A stretch of DNA of 64,000 nt from Candidatus Altimarinota bacterium (GTDB lineage Bacteria > Patescibacteriota > Gracilibacteria > CAIRYL01 > GCA-016699755). The stretch lies in the NCBI GenBank assembly GCA_963664295.1, contig OY760935.1, forward strand, positions 352,001 through 416,000. Direction: 5' to 3'. The notes beneath the pieces were generated by a model. The model made no database searches. It saw only the letters and a program-made list of their open reading frames with translations, and had not been told where the DNA came from. The position numbers and the translations under genes were made by a program. Shown piece after piece: positions 28,894 to 38,822 of the stretch. Positions within the stretch are counted from its first letter, which is position 1. Every line of letters starts with the position of its first letter.

Positions 28894-28946
28894 ATTGAAA
28901 ATATACAGAATTTATGGGAAAATTTAAAAGAAAATTTTATTAAAAG

Positions 28947-30116
28947 ATGAATCAAATTGATGAATTATTAAGTCGTGGCGTTGTGGATTGCCATGTTAAA
29001 GAAAATCTTAAAAAAAGATTAGAAAAAGGGGATAAACTAAGAGTGAAATTAGGAATTGACCCAACAGGAAGCGAATTACACCTTGGTCATGCTGTAATTT
29101 TGCGCAAATTACGCGCTTTCCAAAAAGCAGGTCATACCGTAATTTTGCTTTTAGGCACTTTTACTGGCAGAATTGGCGACCCAACAGGCAAAGACCAAAC
29201 CCGCCCACCACTAACAGACGAAGATGTACGCAAAAACGCAGAAACTTTTTTAGATCAAGCAGGAGCAGTATTAGATATTAAAAATGTAGAATTACGAGAA
29301 AATGCAGAGTGGCTCGCGCCACTTACTTTTGAAAAAGTAATTAAATTAGCATCTAGCTTCACAGTGCAACAAATGCTACATAGAGATATGTATGAAAAAA
29401 GAATAAAAGAGGGGAGAGAAATTTCTCTTCACGAATTTTTATATCCCTTAATGCAGGGCTATGACTCTGTTCCACTTAAAGCAGATATTGAACTTGGTGG
29501 CACTGATCAGCTTTTCAATCTCATGGCAGGTCGAACAATCCAAAAACACTATGAGCTAAAACCACAAGACATTATGACTTTGCCAATATTAGTAGGGCTT
29601 GATGGCAAAGATAAGATGTCAAAATCACTAGGCAACTACATAGGAATACAAGAAGATCCAAGGGAAATGTTTGGCAAAACAATGTCCATTCCAGATGAAC
29701 TAATGCGTAATTGGTATGAATTATTAACTAATATCCCAATGGAAGAAGTGGACAAAATACTAAAAGGACACCCAAGAGACGCAAAATTACGCCTAGCAAA
29801 AGAAATAGTGACAGAATTTCACAATGCAGAATTAGCTCAAAATGCAGAAGAAGAATTTTTAAGAATGTTTCAAGATAAAGGATTGCCAGATGATATGCCT
29901 ATTTTAGAGCTTGATAAAGGCATTCATAAAATATTAGACATAGTAATTGCCTCCAATCTTTGCCAATCCAACTCCGAAGCCCGCAGAATGTTGCAACAAG
30001 GTGCTGTAAAAATAGATGGAGAAAAAATAGACGCAGAAGACGAAATCACAGTAGGGGACGAAAAAATGATCCTTCAAATTGGCAAAAGAAAATTTGCAGA
30101 AATAAAAGGAAAATAA
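28947..30116 (+). CDS. tyrS: Tyrosine--tRNA ligase
   Basis: KLGIDPT..LHLGH, YPLMQGYDS, ELGGTDQ.FN, KMSKS, C-terminal S4 domain. Confidence 0.97.
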   Translation: MNQIDELLSRGVVDCHVKENLKKRLEKGDKLRVKLGIDPTGSELHLGHAVILRKLRAFQKAGHTVILLLGTFTGRIGDPTGKDQTRPPLTDEDVRKNAETFLDQAGAVLDIKNVELRENAEWLAPLTFEKVIKLASSFTVQQMLHRDMYEKRIKEGREISLHEFLYPLMQGYDSVPLKADIELGGTDQLFNLMAGRTIQKHYELKPQDIMTLPILVGLDGKDKMSKSLGNYIGIQEDPREMFGKTMSIPDELMRNWYELLTNIPMEEVDKILKGHPRDAKLRLAKEIVTEFHNAELAQNAEEEFLRMFQDKGLPDDMPILELDKGIHKILDIVIASNLCQSNSEARRMLQQGAVKIDGEKIDAEDEITVGDEKMILQIGKRKFAEIKGK

Positions 30117-30135
30117 AAATTAATTTTCGCACTAT

Positions 30136-30191
30136 AAAAAAGAGTAAAAATCAGCATAAACATTGCTTTTTTGCTCTTTTTTTTGTATAAT
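30136..30191 (+). terminator. tyrS terminator-like hairpin overlapping a TTGCTT-17-TATAAT promoter of the next gene
   Basis: aaaaaagagtaaaaa…ttttttgctctttttt; ttgctt 30163-30168, tataat 30186-30191. Confidence 0.5.
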
Positions 30192-30256
30192 AATATGAAT
30201 ATTTTGAAAAATAAAAACCAGTGTTGTTCAGGAAAAAACAAAACAGGGAAGGGGGG

Positions 30257-33200
30257 TTGAGTTTTTTTGAGCAAAAAATTATATTTTTTAGTGGACCAGA
30301 AATAAATGAAATATCAACAAAATCAAGCGAAAGAGCACGAGAACGCCAAAAAAATAAAGATTTTTTTAATGATCTTTTTGGCGATACCTTAACTCAACAA
30401 TTTGAGCAAATTACAGAAGGACCAAGAAGCATAAACACTGTTTCTGCAAATGGAAAAACAGGTTTTTATATTGTTTTTGATGGTGAAACTCATGTAGCAA
30501 CAGAAATAAAAGAAAGAACAATGAAAGATCCAGATGCAAAAACCAAAAAAAAGAAATATATTTATATTGAAATTAGCAATATTAAGTTTAATCAAAAAGA
30601 TTTAAACGATATTAAAAAATTAGCTGAAAAAATTCATGGCATAAAATCAATTGAATACAAAAAATTAAAAGGGGGAAGATTAGCAATAAATATATTTCCC
30701 GAAGAAACAGTTAACTTGGATGAAATAAGTTTAGACACAGGTTTTAAAGTTGCCTTTAGGCTTAGATTAGAAACAAAACGAGATCAATTTGAAGAATTAT
30801 TTAAAAATACAGAAGATACTGTTTTTGATAGCAAAGGAAAAATTAAATCAGGGTTTTTTACTGCAAAACGCGGAAATTGGGAACCAATTTTTGAAAGATT
30901 AACTAATGAAGCTGATAAAAGCGCATTGCAAGCAATAAAAGATAAGGTTTATAGCATTACAATTGAAGATGGCAAAATAAAAGTAGTTGCTCATTATAAA
31001 AATTGTGATATAAACCTTGAAGAAAGAGATGCTTTTTGGAATAAAACATGGATTGCATTCATTTCAACACAATATCCACAGCCAATAGAAGAGCCTGAAT
31101 TTGTTGAAGCAGAAACTTACGCATTATCACCAGAAGAAGTCGGGCTTACAGACCCAAAGGAGCCTACTTTTGAATTTGCACCAGAAGAAGCTGATTCATC
31201 TCCAAAAATTATGCATGCACCTGAAGTAGAAGACCCAATGGTATATGCAGAAGCTATGCCTGAGCCTATGTATGAAGAATCTGGCGAACCTCAACCAGTA
31301 GAACCAGATGATGATTGGGAGCCATATGTAACTAATGAAGATGATTTTATAGACCAAGAATTAGGCAATAAAAATAATAAACCAACAGAGCCAGATATGC
31401 CAATAGCCGTTCCGCCACCAGAAAAAGATTCACAAGAGGCAGAAGCAATAATAGTATCTCCAAAAAATAACCCTGAAGCAAAACTAAGACAACCTGAACC
31501 ACCAAAGGATCAAAAAATACCTAGCAATGTGTTAATTAGAGAAATGGCCACCAATAAACGACCTTTAATACAAGAAAATATTGACAAGCTTGAGTACATC
31601 ACACCCAAGCTTGCAAAAATGATAGTAGATCAGTGGAACAATGAAAGTAAAAATAGGCTTGAATTTAAAAGTCTAAAAAAACTAAAAACAAAAGAGGCAA
31701 AAGAATTTGCAAATTTTAAAGGAAGCAAGGTAGATCTAAGAAACTTAGATTTAGATCATACAAAAGTCGACACCATAATGATTTTAGTTAATACAAATTT
31801 TGAAGTTGATTTATCAGGATTAAGTGTCGATTTTTATGACAGACTAAATAAAGAACAAAAAGAATTAATTGGTCGCAATCTACACAGAATATCTTTTCAT
31901 TCTAACCTCTTAAGAAAGTTCTATCAGCACTTACCTGTGATAAATTTTAATCCCAAAGAATTAACATTTGATAATATTAAAAAATATAATCACAAAGTTT
32001 TTACAATAGGAGAAAGCACAGAAAATGAAGAAAAAAATGATCACTTTTATAACATACAAACAAAAACAACTGCTATATCACCTTTTAATGGCGGTTATAA
32101 CACATATAGCGTGACTATTACACACCCAAACAGTAACTTTCAATTTCTTTTTTATTTAGAAACAGAAGAAAACCAAACAGTATGGAGATACAGACCCACT
32201 ATTACATCTTTTACCGACATAGAAAAAAGAGGAAAAAGATTTGCTATAATATCCGAATTTTTAAGAAACAATGGGATCATTATTAAAAATCCACAAGAAA
32301 TAGAAGCACCCGCTCTCTCTGCTAAACAAACAAGCCCACAGCCCGAAGGAGCCCCATTAACAGCTGAACCTGAACCAGCGGATCAATACATGGAAAAACC
32401 GGATCCACAACCTGTGTCAGCCATACAAGAAACACTATCTACTGATGATTTGATAAAAGAAATGGAAACAGAAAAAATAAAGATAACACAAAAAAATATT
32501 GACAAGCTTGAGTACATAACACCCAAACTTGCAAAAATGATAGTGGAAAAGTGGATTTCAGATGGAGAATATGTTTTAGCATTATCTAACCTAAAAAAAT
32601 TAGCACAAACAGAAAAAGAAACAATTAAAGTAGCAGAAGAACTGGCGAATTTTAAAGGCGAGATATTAGCTTTAGGTGGCTTAAAAGAAATCACACCTGA
32701 TATAGCAGAAAAACTGGCGAATTTTAAAGGCGATGCATTAGTTTTAGGTGGCTTAAAAGAAATCACACCTGATATAGCAGAAAAACTGGCGAATTTTAAA
32801 GGCACACTTTTACGCCTAGATGGCTTAAAAAAAGTTTCACACAATACAATTGTAGCTTTGATAAATTTTACCAACAATGGTCCAAGAAAAGCAATATGCC
32901 TATATGGAATTAGATCTCCTAATTCAATTAGCGTGGAATCTTTAATATCATTAGCTAAATCTAATTTTGAAAAAATTTACCTAGGAGATATAAGTAAAGT
33001 TATTGATACTATGACTGATGAGCAGAAAAAAATAATTGCTACAAATCTTAAAAAGTTCACTTTTTCTCCTAATTATTGTAAATATAAACTACTACCATAC
33101 ACACCTTTAATAGAAGATTTTCGACCTCAAGAAATAAATTTTGATAACATAAATGAAAATGATTACAAAAGCGTAATGATAAACAATCATCAATATTTTG

Positions 33201-33436
33201 TGGAAATTAAAATAGATACAATAAATTTTTTAAACCTAAACACCAAAGTTGAACATATTTTTAGAATATCAATAGAAAATAATGACAAAATAGTTTGGGA
33301 TTATATAAAACAAGCAAATTATAACGTTATTAATGAGTCAGAGGCGCCAAAAGAACTTGAGCTAGTGCATTATCTTCAAGAACAAGGTATAACTATCAAT
33401 GAAACACAGCCAGAGCCAGTAAAAATGTTGGAGTAA
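30257..33436 (+). CDS. Large orphan protein with acidic Pro-rich linker and two duplicated LRR-like modules
   Basis: NIDKLEYITPKLAKMIV occurs twice; 24-aa LRR-like repeats LANFKG..L.L.GLKEITPDIAEK; TTG 30257 follows a purine-rich SD-like run (track start GTG 30221). Confidence 0.75.
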   Translation: MSFFEQKIIFFSGPEINEISTKSSERARERQKNKDFFNDLFGDTLTQQFEQITEGPRSINTVSANGKTGFYIVFDGETHVATEIKERTMKDPDAKTKKKKYIYIEISNIKFNQKDLNDIKKLAEKIHGIKSIEYKKLKGGRLAINIFPEETVNLDEISLDTGFKVAFRLRLETKRDQFEELFKNTEDTVFDSKGKIKSGFFTAKRGNWEPIFERLTNEADKSALQAIKDKVYSITIEDGKIKVVAHYKNCDINLEERDAFWNKTWIAFISTQYPQPIEEPEFVEAETYALSPEEVGLTDPKEPTFEFAPEEADSSPKIMHAPEVEDPMVYAEAMPEPMYEESGEPQPVEPDDDWEPYVTNEDDFIDQELGNKNNKPTEPDMPIAVPPPEKDSQEAEAIIVSPKNNPEAKLRQPEPPKDQKIPSNVLIREMATNKRPLIQENIDKLEYITPKLAKMIVDQWNNESKNRLEFKSLKKLKTKEAKEFANFKGSKVDLRNLDLDHTKVDTIMILVNTNFEVDLSGLSVDFYDRLNKEQKELIGRNLHRISFHSNLLRKFYQHLPVINFNPKELTFDNIKKYNHKVFTIGESTENEEKNDHFYNIQTKTTAISPFNGGYNTYSVTITHPNSNFQFLFYLETEENQTVWRYRPTITSFTDIEKRGKRFAIISEFLRNNGIIIKNPQEIEAPALSAKQTSPQPEGAPLTAEPEPADQYMEKPDPQPVSAIQETLSTDDLIKEMETEKIKITQKNIDKLEYITPKLAKMIVEKWISDGEYVLALSNLKKLAQTEKETIKVAEELANFKGEILALGGLKEITPDIAEKLANFKGDALVLGGLKEITPDIAEKLANFKGTLLRLDGLKKVSHNTIVALINFTNNGPRKAICLYGIRSPNSISVESLISLAKSNFEKIYLGDISKVIDTMTDEQKKIIATNLKKFTFSPNYCKYKLLPYTPLIEDFRPQEINFDNINENDYKSVMINNHQYFVEIKIDTINFLNLNTKVEHIFRISIENNDKIVWDYIKQANYNVINESEAPKELELVHYLQEQGITINETQPEPVKMLE
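32632..32847 (+). repeat. Three tandem 72-bp coding repeats (24-aa LRR-like unit)
   Basis: agcagaa(g/a)aactggcgaattttaaaggc at 32632, 32704 and 32776. Confidence 0.92.
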
Positions 33437-33444
33437 TGCTTTTC

Positions 33445-35322
33445 TTAAAGCTTAACCTCGTAAACTTTGCTATTATCAACCAAAACCAATCTTTCAGTAG
33501 CAGGATCAACCCAAAAATCTCTAATCTCTTCAATGTCCTCAATAACAACCTGCCTTTGATAATAAGCTTCATTTTGACCTTTTGAAAAAATCAAAATGGA
33601 TTTTTCCGCAGGATTTAGGAAATAAAGTTTATTCAATTTATCATTAGTATAAACCTTTGTTGAGCCTTTAAGGTTGCCATCAGGAGCATCTTTAATAGCA
33701 TAATCAACTTGTTTTGCACGATGAGCCTTAATAACATCACCCTCGCTAGTCAAAGCATAAATACTACCATCTATTGAAAAAGAAATTGCCTTAGATAAAT
33801 CCGCATCAGAATTATAATCTTGTGCCTCTGTGAAGCCATTGTCCTGTCTTTCATATTTCCAAATCTCATTATCCTCTGGCGAAAGAAGATACATATATTT
33901 TGAAAAAGTTTTTACAGCAATTGCTTTTTTGAATGACTCATCTGTTGTGCTTGCATAAGAACCTTCTTCGTCTTTAAATTCAATAATCTTTCCATCATTA
34001 GTTAAAAAAATCATTTCACTTTTAGCATCAAAAATAGTGCCATCAATCACAGATTCACTTTCTTTTAAGTTATAAATATTTTTTACTTCACCACTACCAC
34101 CAAGAATTTGAAAAAGCACATTGTTGTCATAAGCATAAATCTCGGAATTAAGCTCAAAAACACCACGCAAATCAACATTATCGCGTGAACTTGCAAGATC
34201 AACAACAACCTTAGCACCACTAAGGCGAGTTATGCCATTGATTTCATTTCTTTTGTTTTGAGTTTCTTCCAAAATGGCCATTACTTCTTGACGAAAATAA
34301 CCTTGTTCATTGATTTCTTTTGCTGTTGTTTCCACGCGATCAAGAAGATTATTTGCTTCTGTAATTTTTCCTTCCAAATATCTTGCTTCTGCACTGGATA
34401 AATCTTCTTTTATTGTTTGAATTTCTGTGCGATATACTTCTTTTTGTTCATCATTTTTTTGCTGAGAAAGCAAGCCAAAGAAGATAGCCACTAAAACCAA
34501 ACCAATCAAAACAGCAAAAATAATAGCCGCATTTTTATGGTGCCAATTTGAAGAAGCAATTTTATTCCAAAAATTTTTCACACCAGAAGGCATCTTAGCA
34601 CCTAAAGAAGAAGCGCTTTTGCTAGTTGCTTTCTTGAAAAATCCTTCACCTTTGCTTTTTGAGCCACCTTCAAAAGGTAATTTGCTTAAAGTTTTAATAT
34701 GAAAAATAACCAAATTAATAGGCTCATCATCAACCAAAATAAACTTCATTGCTTCCATTGATTCTGTGACACCACTTTGTAAGGCCTCAGCAATTTGATT
34801 ACCAGTGACATGACGAAGTAGGCGAGAGCTAGTAAAAATAATTTTATCATCATCTTTAAGTTCACCATTAGCAACATTGGTAAACAATTCAGTCACCTTT
34901 CCTTGCTCTGTTAAGCCCTCCGAAATAACAGTAAACCTGCCTTTACGCACAAAATAAACCTCTGGAGTACCACAAGAAGTAAAATAAAGATTATTACCAG
35001 AAAAAATAGCAATTAGAAAGCCACCATCTTTCCAAATGCTTTCATCAAGCTCTTTAACGTCTTCCTTAATAACCTCATTAACCACTTTCAAGGCCTCTTC
35101 AAGTCTGTCAAAATCATCACCCTCTTCATCTTTTTTAAAATAGGCCTCCTCAAAAACTGCGCAAATTTTTTCATAAATATTTTTAAGCACACCATTGTCA
35201 GATTGAAAACCTGCAAAAATCCAAGCTTCTTCATTAAAATCAGGTCTTTTTATTTTTTCAATAGCTTGCAAAGATCCTGTTTTAGCTATTGTGTGTTGAG
35301 CAGAGAAAATTTTGATATCCAT
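33445..35322 (-). CDS. Membrane-anchored protein: PP2C-like N-terminal fold, TM helix, coiled coil, C-terminal beta-propeller
   Basis: LYFTSCG..EVYFVRKG…FTNVANGELKDDDKIIFTS; TM IIFAVLIGLVLVAIFFGLL; YLLSP..NEIWKY, SIDGSIYAL propeller blades. Confidence 0.65.
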   Translation of the reverse strand: MDIKIFSAQHTIAKTGSLQAIEKIKRPDFNEEAWIFAGFQSDNGVLKNIYEKICAVFEEAYFKKDEEGDDFDRLEEALKVVNEVIKEDVKELDESIWKDGGFLIAIFSGNNLYFTSCGTPEVYFVRKGRFTVISEGLTEQGKVTELFTNVANGELKDDDKIIFTSSRLLRHVTGNQIAEALQSGVTESMEAMKFILVDDEPINLVIFHIKTLSKLPFEGGSKSKGEGFFKKATSKSASSLGAKMPSGVKNFWNKIASSNWHHKNAAIIFAVLIGLVLVAIFFGLLSQQKNDEQKEVYRTEIQTIKEDLSSAEARYLEGKITEANNLLDRVETTAKEINEQGYFRQEVMAILEETQNKRNEINGITRLSGAKVVVDLASSRDNVDLRGVFELNSEIYAYDNNVLFQILGGSGEVKNIYNLKESESVIDGTIFDAKSEMIFLTNDGKIIEFKDEEGSYASTTDESFKKAIAVKTFSKYMYLLSPEDNEIWKYERQDNGFTEAQDYNSDADLSKAISFSIDGSIYALTSEGDVIKAHRAKQVDYAIKDAPDGNLKGSTKVYTNDKLNKLYFLNPAEKSILIFSKGQNEAYYQRQVVIEDIEEIRDFWVDPATERLVLVDNSKVYEVKL

Positions 35323-35379
35323 TTGATTTTAAAACTTTATTAAAAAGGTACACATTTTGAGCCAATTCTTCAAGGAAAT

Positions 35380-36297
35380 TTAATACTCAAGAGTGCCAAT
35401 AATGTCTTTTAAATTTTTAATATTATTTTTTTCACACCAAGTGTCCATTTCCTGATTAATTTTTGCAAAAACATCAACCCCACGAAAGTGCACACCGCTA
35501 CCAATTCCTACCAAGTTAGCACCAGCTATCATCAGCTCTATTGCTTCTTCGCCAGTATTCACACCACCAGTGCCAATAATAGGAATACTAACTTTTTTAT
35601 AAATTTCATGCACAGCTCGCACAGCAATAGGAAAAACAGCAGGACCAGAAATACCACCAACTTTATTCGCCAAAATCGGCTTACGAAGTTCAATATTAAT
35701 TCTCATACCCGGACCAACAGTGTTAATAGCAGTAATCGCATCAGCACCAGCTTCTTCACACGCCTTAGCAATATCACCAATATTAGGAACATTAGGGGAG
35801 AGCTTAATTGCCACTTTTTTATCTGTATTTTGTTTAACAGTTTTTGTCACCTTCGACGCAGTCTGAATATCACAAGCAAAAGGTCTACCAAGCTCATCTT
35901 CAACATTTGGACAAGAAATATTAACCTCCACCATATCCGCCTCAGTATTAGAAATTTCCTGAGCAATAAGCGCAAAATCAGCAACTTTTGCGCCAACAAT
36001 ACTAGCAATAATTGGTGCTTTACTAATCTTTTTAAAACTCTTAATCTCCTCACGAGCCTTCTCAATACCCGCATCAGAAAGACCCACAGCATTCATCACC
36101 ATTTCATCAGTAGCAATAATCACAGGATTAGGATGACCCTTATGATTTTCCAGCCAAATACTTTTAGTAGTGACACCGCCAGCACCGTTTTGAATAACCT
36201 CATTCATATTTTCCGCACTCACACCCAAAATACCACTAGCCAAAACCAAAGGATTTTCAAAATTAAGTCCGCAAAAATTTATCTCAAAATTAGTCAT
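35380..36297 (-). CDS. pyrD: Dihydroorotate dehydrogenase, family 1 catalytic subunit
   Basis: NPLVLASG, TKSI, NAVGL, EVNISCPNV, KLSPNV, AINT, GGISGPA, IGTGG. Confidence 0.95.
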   Translation of the reverse strand: MTNFEINFCGLNFENPLVLASGILGVSAENMNEVIQNGAGGVTTKSIWLENHKGHPNPVIIATDEMVMNAVGLSDAGIEKAREEIKSFKKISKAPIIASIVGAKVADFALIAQEISNTEADMVEVNISCPNVEDELGRPFACDIQTASKVTKTVKQNTDKKVAIKLSPNVPNIGDIAKACEEAGADAITAINTVGPGMRINIELRKPILANKVGGISGPAVFPIAVRAVHEIYKKVSIPIIGTGGVNTGEEAIELMIAGANLVGIGSGVHFRGVDVFAKINQEMDTWCEKNNIKNLKDIIGTLEY

Positions 36298-36658
36298 CTC
36301 TCAAATTATTCCACAGCTTGAACGCAAAGAAAAGAATAATTAAAAATTACAGACTAATAATTATATTTTTACAAATTTTTCTCAAAAAACTTTCTTAATT
36401 AAATTTTTCAATGAACTCTGATACCTAAAATTTTAAAAAACGCCTTAAAACGCAAATTTTGAGGTCGTTTTTTGGCTTATTCATAAGGCAGGGGAATTTT
36501 AAACAAAAATATGATTAAAATTAAAAATTCACAAAAATTTATAAAAACTTAATTAAATTTATTTTTTATGAATAAAATTTTTTAAATAAAAATATAAAAA
36601 GAAAAAATTGTATAGAATTTTTTAATAAAAAAGAGTAATTTTTTAGATATCACTAAAT

Positions 36659-36688
36659 AACTTTGCACAAGTTCCATTGTGCAAAGTT
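36659..36688 (-). terminator. Perfect 12-bp hairpin downstream of the acyltransferase
   Basis: aactttgcacaa-gttcca-ttgtgcaaagtt. Confidence 0.65.
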
Positions 36689-36703
36689 AAATATACACAT
36701 AAA

Positions 36704-37843
36704 TCAAGCCCCCTCTTTTTCCTTAAAATAAAAAAATCTCTCAATAAAATAATAAGAAAAAATTGAAAGAAAAATCGATAAAACTAAAGAAATAAAAAAC
36801 GCACCATAAACAATAACACCGGTTTTGTAAACAAAACTAATCACAGGAAAGTGCCAAAGAAAAAAAGAATAACTAATCACACCTAGTCCAGCAAAAAGAT
36901 CAGGTGCAAAAAATTCTTTCACCAGCTTGTTTTTATTGGTTAAATATCCAAATAAAAAGAAAACAAAAAATAAAGAAGCAAAAAAGTGCAAAAAAGTCTG
37001 CAGAAATAAAGACTCTCGAAACTCACTACCAAGATAAGCAAAAATCCACAAAATAATTAAAAAATTAAAAAAACCAGTAAACAAGGCAGTATTAGAAACT
37101 AATTGCCCTATTTTTTTTCTTGCTGGCGATATCCAAAAAACACCAAACAAAGTGCCCAAAGCCAGTTGATCAAAACGACCCCAAAGCTGTTCTGAGTAAA
37201 AAATCCTCTCGTATGTATCCCAGTGATCAAAATATTGAAAAACCCAAATTCGATAGAAAAAATTTGCAAACATAAGGAGTAAAATTGCAAAAATAAAGGA
37301 TTTTTTTGTTTTAAAAAGAGAAAGCAAAAGAGGCAAAAGCACAATAAATAAAACTTCTACAGTCAAAAACCACATCACAGGATTAAGACCCCAATAAGTA
37401 TCAATGGATAAACTTTGAATAAAAAATAAATGATAGAACAAATTTTTTATACCCAATGTTGTTTGCCAATAATCAGGACCTTTTAATAAAAAAAATAAAA
37501 TTGTTATAAAAAAAGCCAAAGGATAAAGCCTTTTTAATCTACGAATAAAAAATTGTTTGCTCACTCTCCCCTCCTTAGCAATAGATAAAAAAAGTAAAAA
37601 TCCAGAAAAAATAAAAAATAAATCAAGACCAAGAAAACCTGCCTGAAAAGGCACAAAAAAAGCACTTTCCCCTATTATATTTAATATCTCCGCCTTATAA
37701 AATCCCCAAAAATGAAAAATAAAAATCAAAAAAGCTGCTATGCCTTTAAGTGAACTTATTCCCTTTATAAAGCCTTTTTCTTTGGTTTTATACCACATTT
37801 TTTGCATATAAAAATTTTGCCTTTTTATCCTACTTTTGTCCAC
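36704..37843 (-). CDS. Acyltransferase family 3 (OafA/YrhL-like) membrane protein
   Basis: LKGIAA..IFIFH, GLDLFF.FSGFL, F.IRR..RL.P, W.L.VE, LG.ISYS.FLWH.P, SYY.IE. Confidence 0.88.
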   Translation of the reverse strand: MDKSRIKRQNFYMQKMWYKTKEKGFIKGISSLKGIAAFLIFIFHFWGFYKAEILNIIGESAFFVPFQAGFLGLDLFFIFSGFLLFLSIAKEGRVSKQFFIRRLKRLYPLAFFITILFFLLKGPDYWQTTLGIKNLFYHLFFIQSLSIDTYWGLNPVMWFLTVEVLFIVLLPLLLSLFKTKKSFIFAILLLMFANFFYRIWVFQYFDHWDTYERIFYSEQLWGRFDQLALGTLFGVFWISPARKKIGQLVSNTALFTGFFNFLIILWIFAYLGSEFRESLFLQTFLHFFASLFFVFFLFGYLTNKNKLVKEFFAPDLFAGLGVISYSFFLWHFPVISFVYKTGVIVYGAFFISLVLSIFLSIFSYYFIERFFYFKEKEGA

Positions 37844-37898
37844 ATTAAAACTTGAAAAAATCGCTTTTTTATGAGAAAATATAGGGATAGAAATAAAA

Positions 37899-38822
37899 AT
37901 GATTAAAAAAACAATTCAAACTTGGGGCGTCAAAGATTGGGCACTTCTCATAGCCGCAATATTTTTTTCATTTATTTTAGTCACTCTTGTCTCCCCTGTC
38001 CTACTAAAAGCAGGTTTTTTAGCAGAAAACTGGGACGATTCTTTAAATCAAGTTAGCGAAGTAATTCGCCCTCCTGAAAGCTACTCAGGAGAGGGCATGC
38101 TTAAAAATCTAGTGACAAATAATGTAATTCCTTTGTTTAAATACATATTTATTGGCGTATCTATCTTATTTTTTGTGCTTTCAATATTTTTAATGATTAC
38201 TGCAGGTGGTGAAGAAGAAGAAATTTCAAAACAAAGAAATGCACTTTTGTGGGCAATGATTGGTTTTGTGTTTATTGCCCTTGCTGCTGATGTCTCCGAT
38301 GCCCTCAATCCTATACAAAACGAAGGTATAGATGTGGACGCCTCCAGAGGAATAAAAGTTTTTCAAAAAATAGTTACTTACCTACAATTAGTTCTTGGGC
38401 TAATAGCAGTTGTGTTTACTTTTTATGCTGGCTTCCGTTTTGTCACCGCTGGTGATGATGAAGAAACTATAGATCAGTCAAAAAGACATTTTTTCTGGGG
38501 AATTATGGGTTTGATTGTAGTTATTTTAGCTGACCCTCTGGTTAATAATGTTTTTTACCCAGCAGATGGTTCACCTGGAATAGAAGAAACCAAATCATTT
38601 ACTATGGAAATAATGGGTGTTTTAAAATTCATTCTCTCATTTTTAGGCGTTTTGGCGCTTATTGGTCTTGTTTTTGCAGGCGTTCTTTATATCACCTCGT
38701 TTGGAAGTGAAGAAAGACAAAACAGAGCCAAACAAATTATTATGGCAACAGTAATTGGTATTGTTATAATTGCTAGTTCATACACAGCAATTGTTATGTT
38801 TACACCAGGAGGCACATCATGA
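37899..38822 (+). CDS. Membrane protein with three tandem TrbC/VirB2-like pilin repeats
   Basis: Three units of G..(M/F/Y)(I/V)T(A/S).G.EE…K..(L/F/I).WA/WG/AT.(I/M)G. Confidence 0.7.
   Translation: MIKKTIQTWGVKDWALLIAAIFFSFILVTLVSPVLLKAGFLAENWDDSLNQVSEVIRPPESYSGEGMLKNLVTNNVIPLFKYIFIGVSILFFVLSIFLMITAGGEEEEISKQRNALLWAMIGFVFIALAADVSDALNPIQNEGIDVDASRGIKVFQKIVTYLQLVLGLIAVVFTFYAGFRFVTAGDDEETIDQSKRHFFWGIMGLIVVILADPLVNNVFYPADGSPGIEETKSFTMEIMGVLKFILSFLGVLALIGLVFAGVLYITSFGSEERQNRAKQIIMATVIGIVIIASSYTAIVMFTPGGTS

Noticed and set aside
30195-30260. Phase variation at G6 fusing upstream ATG 30195 to the 1071-aa ORF
   Set aside because: The tract is short and the ATG lies only 3 nt after the TATAAT box, probably before the TSS; TTG 30257 with an SD-like run is simpler
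35488-36321. 277-aa antisense ORF (also 19093-19626, 21099-21662, 32383-32877, 39025-39471, 48258-48755)
   Set aside because: Shadows of well-supported genes caused by codon bias; no recognisable motifs
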